A stretch of 64,000 nt of DNA. Source: Macrostomum lignano (Eukaryota). The notes beneath the pieces are model-generated. The model saw only the letters and a program-made list of their open reading frames with translations, did no database searches and was not told where the DNA came from. The first letter of the stretch is position 1. Every line of letters starts with the position of its first letter. Below are positions 58,840-64,000 of the stretch, in pieces. The DNA lies in the NCBI GenBank assembly GCA_002269645.1, contig NIVC01000514.1, forward strand, positions 62,001-126,000, read 5' to 3'. The position numbers and the translations under genes are program-made.

Positions 58840-59309
58840 GCCTGCCTGCCTGTCTGTCTGCCTGTCTGTCTGTCTGTCTGTCTGTCTGTCTGCCTGCCTG
58901 CCTGTCTGTCTGCCTGTCTGTCTGTCTGTCTGTCTGCCTGCCTGTCTGTCTGTCTGTCCGCCTGTCCACCTGCATCTGTCCCACCCCGGCTACCCCACCG
59001 CAGCTGGGCCGGCAGCGCCACGCCCTGTCCAGCCGCCGGGACCGGATGAAGCGGCTCATCCGCAGCCTCGAGCGCGAGTGCGACGCCCGCCGCCGGGAGC
59101 TGTCGGACAACGAGACGCACGCCCAGCTGGCCAACCTGGAGCGCAGGTGGCAGCACCAGGAGCAGAACAACTTCGTGATTCGCGACTTTGTGGCCAGCAA
59201 GATGGCCGAGTCGGACACGTCGCTGGTGTCCGGCAAGGCGCTGTCGCTGGCGCAGAATTTGAACGCTCGTCTGGCCGAGCTCGCCGCCAAGCAGCACCGC
59301 CTGGCCTGA
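53239..59309 (+). CDS. IFT74: Intraflagellar transport protein 74, 575 aa; exons 53239-53349, 55875-56108, 56445-56642, 56850-57152, 57998-58573, 59004-59309
   Basis: All introns are phase 0 GT-AG. Total 1728 nt. Motifs: DRPITQQGLGGMK, RQVEDKSFYLGLLR.RI.EL, LQGQLAD, KQEAV.L, ERERLL.QV..DN.EI..MERQ, Y.EL.KREE.MD.F, H.QL.NLER.WQH.EQNNF. Confidence 0.95.
53572..55360. repeat. 37-38-bp minisatellite (ttcactaaccctctctgacactttcactcttcaacag) in IFT74 intron 1, interrupted at 54333-54432
   Basis: Direct periodicity over ~1.8 kb. Confidence 0.96.
54333..54432. repeat. 100-bp island of five 20-bp units (atgggatcattagctactgg) flanked by a TAACA duplication
   Basis: TAACA at 54328-54332 and 54433-54437. 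Confidence 0.85.
55414..55877. repeat. 23-bp minisatellite (aactccccactcatccccag|ttc) whose unit spans the IFT74 exon 2 acceptor
   Basis: About 20 copies. The last CCCCAG is the true acceptor (55874), and the exon begins TTC like every unit. Confidence 0.95.
56683..56828. repeat. 17-bp minisatellite (agtgacagtcaagccag) in IFT74 intron 3
   Basis: About 8 copies. Confidence 0.9.
57610..57905. repeat. 22-bp minisatellite (gatggcattccaagtgggatga) in IFT74 intron 4
   Basis: Direct periodicity. Confidence 0.92.
58575..58960. repeat. (CTGT/CTGC)n microsatellite filling IFT74 intron 5
   Basis: Direct reading. Confidence 0.95.
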
Positions 59310-60102
59310 GCTGAGCTGAGCTGAGTCCTTAGCAACTGGGCCAGCCTTTGTAAATGACTAATCCATGATTTCCCCTATTGTGTGCTACCATGTACTTTTA
59401 TGCGTTACGATTTACCTTAGCAACGGGCGGTTGCCAAGGAACCAGAGTGTGCTTTGTTCTTCCAGCTAAACAGACAGCAAATGTTGAATTTCTTCCAGAA
59501 CCGACCGTGCCGTCCTGTCGTTTCAATTTTATGACATTCGGCTCTCCCACATTTTGCCCTCGGTTTTCTGAGTTCTAAGCTTTTCTCGATACCTTTTATT
59601 CTAGAAGTTTTTCTAAGACAAAATGATTTTTATTATATAATAAAGTGCGAGAACACACCGACAATGGGAACTTTTTGGTGTCCGAAGGGTCATTCAGGAT
59701 TTATAAAAAATTTTTGCTGCGGTTTGCTACTTTCTGTTTTTACGCTCTTTCCTACTTACGCTCTTTTTGAGGCAACGTGCTTTGGTGCCTCAAAAAGCGC
59801 GCGCCCGTGTGCTCGCTCGCGTGGATTTCCAGTTTGGGGGCCGCGTCTTTGAGGGGCGCCATTGTGGGGCGCTATCTTGAGGGGCCATCGGGGGCGCCAG
59901 CACCACGGGGCGCCAGCTGCGATGCTGTTCAAAGCCACTGACTGCTAGAAAGAATTTTCGCTCCAGCTGCAGTTTGGGCCATAGACTAAAGCTGGCTTAC
60001 CGGAGAGTAACTGAATTCTGAAAACCGGCTTCACTTCATTGCCACAGCCCACAGCATTCCCCAGGCAAGCTGTCATCTCATAGCTGTTTGTCTACCCTCA
60101 GC

Positions 60103-61508
60103 ATGCCTTTGGAAACCGCCTTCAAATTTGTCTTCATTGCAGCAGTCAGCTTGACAGCAGTGCTTGTAGCACAAGGGTGAGTTTTTGGTCAAGTTGATGA
60201 ATTTGTCATTTAAGCGTTTCGCGAGGCCAAGTTAGAAAACTCGAAGCTGTAATTTTCTGGCAATCAATATGCCTTCGGTTACATGATTGATAATGAGATG
60301 TCATTGTTCTGATTGATTGACAGGTGAATAGAACTTGATTTTGGGGTTTCGAGTAAGATACAGTATTTACACAGGGTGTCGCAAGTAAGGCGCCAGATGT
60401 TTAAGTGTAATAAACTTTGTCCCCAGCAATAAATTGAAGTGAAACTACCAAGAGTTGATCCTATCCAGGATTTATTGCAGAAAAACCTCCAGTTGTCACA
60501 AGGCTCGGTGCGGTAATGGTTCACCGAACATGGCCTTGCCGCCACGTTCGCTGGACAGCACATGCCACCCCTGATTTTGTGGGGATTTACAGAGTCGAAA
60601 GTGACTTGACCTGGAACGATTGTCAAGGCTTACGGGAAAATTGCTAATATGTCAGGGCTTACTGGGGATGTGCTGAGATATCGAGGCTTGAGGGGTTTGC
60701 TGAACTATTAAGGCAAATGCAAGTCGATTACACAAATAATTCTTTTCCTTGCTTCTTGGCCGTCCCGAAGGGGGCACCAGATTGCCAGTAATTCACTACT
60801 TGTAAGTAGAAATATGGGTATTTTTTTAAATGGCATGGTCGGTCTCTTCGTATTGCCTCAGTTGTTGTCTCAACTGTTGTCTCAGCTGTCTCAACTGTTG
60901 TCTCAGCTGTCTCAACTGTTGTCTCAGCTGTCTCAGCTGTCTCAGCTGTTGTTTTACCTGTCATCGATCACCCTCTTAGCTTCCAGCAGAGCGAGCCGTT
61001 CTCACTAAAAATAGGCGGCAAGGACTTTCCCGCGGACTTCTGTACCAACTCGGGTAAGGCGATCTCTTTGAAGGACCTGCTGGAATCCCGGGCGATGACG
61101 CTGCGCGTGGCGACCCGCCTCATGCGGTTTGGGGAGGACATCTGCAGCCTCAACGAGCTGCTGGCGCGGAACAGCTCACCGCCCGAAGCGATCGGCGTCT
61201 TTGCTCAGTCCGCGGACATGCGCGAGTTCTGCCGCCTTACCAAGCCTCCGGGGAAGAGCCACCCCTACCACTGGGTGCAGGGCCTGCCCAACACTGGCTG
61301 CGGCAAGCGGAGCCCCAATCGGGGTCAGCACCTGGCCTGGGAGCACCTGAAGCTCTACCGGTTCCAGAGCTGCGCGCTGCTCTGCCTCATGTGCCTCTGT
61401 TGCTACGTGTATGGCCGGATCCTGTCGCTGCGAATCAGCCCCATTGCTAGGCTGCGGCGCCTGAACTGGACAACGGAGAACTTCATCTGGGCGTACAAGA
61501 ACTTCTGA
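60103..61508 (+). CDS. Predicted small secreted Cys-containing protein of unknown family, 200 aa; exons 60103-60176, 60980-61508
   Basis: Acceptor ctcag|cATG. Signal-like MPLETAFKFVFIAAVSLTAVLVAQG. Donor GG|gtgagt (phase 2) matches ctcttag|C (phase 2). Total 603 nt. GC-rich codon usage like the other genes. No family recognised. Confidence 0.6.
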
Positions 61509-61859
61509 CTGGCTGCTCTGAAGGGGGGGGGGGGCAACAACTCAGAACTATTTTATGTATTTGCGTGTCTGTTGCTCCTATCCATGCTGCCTCTGATGCC
61601 ACCTCTCACAGTCCCGACTGATCTGCCGTCAGCCATCCGAGCTGAGGAAAACTTGAATAATTTACACCAGCAATTCACACTGACTATTGGTTCAATGTCC
61701 GAGTAGTCAATATCTTGACGTTGCGCTCGGGTTCTGTAAGAAAATGTTTCAAAATTGAAGATATGTTGAAAAATAAATCCTCATTAATGGCTTTTTAAAA
61801 CTCCTGCCATTTGCCTGCCTATCAATAATCGGGTTCTCCAAGCAGCCGATGCCTCTTCC

Positions 61860-62385
61860 TCTGTGTCCTGGTCACAGCACCAACAGTGTGTTCTGGTCAC
61901 GGCACCAACGTGTCTCCTGGTCACGGCACCAACGTGTCTCCTGGTCACGGCACCAACAGTGTGTCCTGGTCACGGCACCAACAGTGTGTCCTGGTCACGG
62001 CACCAACATTGTGTCCTGGTCACGGCACCAACGTGTCTCCTGGTCACGGCACCAACATTGTGTCCTGGTCACGGCACCAACAGTGTGTCCTGGTCACGGC
62101 ACCAACGTGTCTCCTGGTCACGGCACCAACAGTGTGTCCTGGTCACGGCACCAACAGTGTGTCCTGGTCACGGCACCAACGTGTCTCCTGGTCACGGCAC
62201 CAACAGTGTGTCCTGGTCACGGCACCAACATTGTGTCCTGGTCACGGCACCAACGTGTCTCCTGGTCACGGCACCAACAGTGTGTCCTGGTCACGGCACC
62301 AATGTGTGTCCTGGTCACGGCACCAACATTGTGTCCTAGTCACGGCACCAATGTGTGTCCTGGTCCTTGTCACGGCACCAATACA
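61860..62385. repeat. 22-24-bp minisatellite (tgtgtcctggtcacggcaccaaca[g])
   Basis: Direct periodicity. Confidence 0.95.
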
Positions 62386-64000
62386 ATACCAATACACCAA
62401 TACGGCACCAGTTCAATACAATAATAATACTTAATATGCTCGTAGCGCGATTTCTGAACTTGTCTAAAATGTAGAAGCAACACGAAGGTAGTACTGTGAT
62501 ACAACGAATTTTGATACGCTTTGATACATTTGGATGCAACGAATTACTTGGTTGAACAAAAATTCTGGATGGAGACTGTATATAGGGACGAGCCGGGCTA
62601 CAAATGCGGGTGCTCCCATTAAAGGCTCTTGACCATAATCGCCAAAATTGGAGCATTCTCTACGTATCCAATGACGTGACACCCACGAAGCCGAAGAGAA
62701 AATTGTACGCAAACCTAATCGAATAAAATCGAACAGATGCAGATGCAGAACATATGAGGGAGTGCAGCCTCGACCACGCTGATGGATGCTGTAAACCATC
62801 TTTTCTTCTATATTCAACAACCTTGAAATGTCCTTTGGGTGTTCACCTCTGCCGAGTGATTCGATCACAAGCCAGTGGCATTCGTTCGACGACCTAGCAT
62901 GGTTCACAATTATGGAGCTGATCTTGCTCCTCCGCAACAGTTGCAAATAAAGCTATGGACCAAATTGATGCTTGTTGGACAAAATTTAATGCTGCTGTGC
63001 CAGCCTTGCTACCATAGACAAAAGCTCATTTACTTTGGCAAACCTATCTTGGATTAAATTAAATGCACGTAAGCCCAAATGGGCTGCAAAAAGCTATATT
63101 ATTGTGCCATAGACAGTTGTGTCCTTGACAAAGTGGGACAGAATAATCGGGCGTTCAATGTCATTAACTGCCCGCTAATTTGCCTTAACCAATCACACCC
63201 CAACAGCAAATGAGACGAACAGCAGACAGGCAAAGGTCTATGGCCCGAAGCAGCGCGAGAGGTGGGGAAAGCGACCCCGTAGTAACAATAAGTTTATTTT
63301 GCAAGCAAACGAGATTGAAAGAATAAAATGTGTTTAAAAAAAATTGAGCTGCAGAGCCAAAGCGAGCGACGGGCACAGAGGGCAGCGTGCATATAAATAA
63401 GCGGGTGAGCAAACCCCCCACCCCACGGGGGTTAGAGAGGACGGCGCACAAAGGCGGCACAATGTACAGCGCCAGGGGTGGATGGCTAACACCCATTTCA
63501 CTCCAGGCTCACAAAAGAGCCTAAGAGAAATGGAGGCATTAAAGTAAGTTTAAAGCATTAAAGTCCTGCAAGCGGGCTTAAATGTAGTCTATGGCATTAA
63601 AAGGCAAAAATAAGTGCCCAGCGGGCACAAAGGTCATGGTACAATGGGTGTTCACTGCATTGTCTAACTTGTCTGTGTGCAAAAGGAACGATAGATTTTC
63701 GCTGCTTATATAGTTCATAATAATGACGAGGCCAAAGAAAACTATGGCGATAAAGTTTCTGTGGCTCAACCTGAAGGACGGCAGGAGATCGTCGCAGGAG
63801 TCAGGACGAGCAAGATTTGATTTAAAAAATATAGCTTTTTGCAGCCCATTTGGGCTTACGCGCAGCGCATTGAGTCCAATATGTTTGCCAATGTAGTGGA
63901 TAGATACCCCGCACAAGACAACCGACAATCAAAGCAATTTCCTATCGATCGTCACTCGTCAGTCGATGTCCCGAGATCTTCAACACTGCATGCATGCAGT

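Overview
Eukaryotic (metazoan) genomic DNA with GC-rich spliced exons, GT-AG introns and AT-rich spacers. Most introns contain their own tandem-repeat array. This architecture resembles the flatworm Macrostomum; that is an inference, not a database result. Many ORFs in the supplied track are translations of tandem repeats. Reading splice sites and phases by hand gives eight protein-coding loci. (1) SETMAR-type SET/post-SET methyltransferase, 5' end not found, with an in-frame 27-bp array inside the SET domain. (2) Intronless CK1-family pseudokinase. (3) Complete 4-exon EndoU endoribonuclease. (4) 896-aa type-I membrane protein with an L1CAM/neuroglian cytoplasmic tail (SFIGGY) on an atypical ectodomain. 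(5) IA-2/PTPRN-like pseudophosphatase for which no transmembrane or ectodomain exon is visible. (6) Intronless DEG/ENaC channel on the minus strand. (7) Complete 6-exon IFT74. (8) Small predicted secreted orphan. Mobile DNA: an intact full-length LOA-type LINE (APE-RT-RNase H) antisense in an IA-2 intron, a decayed 5'-truncated RTE-like LINE, a tRNA-derived SINE with a 15-bp TSD, and a hAT-type MITE. No CRISPR array, rRNA or bona fide tRNA gene was seen. I cannot claim a proven new system. The best leads are the L1-tail chimera, the apparently membrane-anchor-less IA-2, minisatellites whose units span real splice sites, and retroelements or foreign repeats inserted inside minisatellites.
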